Source: Octopus bimaculoides (taxonomy: Eukaryota). Taken from it: 64,000 bases of DNA. The notes beneath the pieces are model-generated. The model had not been told where the DNA came from, did not search any database, and saw only the letters and a program-made list of their open reading frames with translations. This document shows, one piece after another, positions 63,650 to 64,000 of the stretch. The stretch covers positions 19,388,678 through 19,452,677 of the forward strand of contig NC_068984.1 of NCBI RefSeq assembly GCF_001194135.2, read 5' to 3'. A program made the position numbers and the translations under genes. Every line of letters starts with the position of its first letter. The stretch's first letter is position 1.

Positions 63650-64000
63650 TTTTCCGAATATGCAAAGGGAACTAAGTAACAGAATTCACTAGACCAAATT
63701 ATAATCAATTGTAGATAGAATTAAATTGCTCATTTGTAATCCCAGAAAGAAAGACAATATATAATGAGTGTTCAGTTAGAGAAGAAAGGCAAGTACTTAT
63801 GATCACAAAAACAGCCTTGATTCGAATGTGTACAACAGAGAGGTATTTTCTAAAGACACTCTAGATGGTGGTTTTAAACCAGGTAAATGATTAAGTCTAC
63901 ATCCTTAAAACAGGAATGGTCCTTAGACAGGCTCCCACCAACTACATTCCCTTACAAAGCTTAGGTCAACATGAGAGAGAAGATACCTGCCATGAACCTG

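Noticed and set aside
1968-63708. Most ORF-track entries (poly-HT, YI, SL, CV, N, I/T/H runs)
   Set aside because: They are translations of microsatellites, SINEs or N gaps, with no splice context or domain signal.
63987-64000. Minus-strand donor-like CAG|gtatct at the window edge
   Set aside because: Only 14 nt of putative exon are visible; it cannot be evaluated.

Overview
AT-rich, repeat-dense metazoan genomic DNA; the microsatellite load and SINE repertoire look like Octopus (cephalopod). The main feature is a minus-strand, multi-exon gene for a long spectrin-repeat rod protein (nesprin-1/MSP-300-like). Thirteen phase-compatible GT-AG exons can be chained by hand from 27454 down to 2310, and the gene continues beyond the left edge. 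Two further minus-strand candidate exons lie upstream: 32879-32971 (spectrin helix-A-like) and 39387-39482, an apparent first exon encoding MGIAQSC plus a polybasic tract (myristoylation/palmitoylation/NLS-like). At 56337-58193 is a 618-codon terminal exon encoding a disordered protein segment with about eight TQT/xQT motifs (LC8-type), a thrice-repeated short helix, a PPxY motif and a C-terminal coiled coil. It is either the end of an upstream gene or an alternative 3' end of the same giant locus. Introns contain several tRNA-head SINE families, piggyBac-, hAT- and mariner-type MITEs, a decayed maT-like Tc1/mariner transposase, RTE and R4/Dong-like LINE fragments, a Penelope-like fragment carrying a minimal hammerhead ribozyme, a ~190-bp palindrome, local duplications and six N gaps. 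No rRNA, bona fide tRNA or CRISPR array is supported. All annotation is by eye, and repeat boundaries are approximate.
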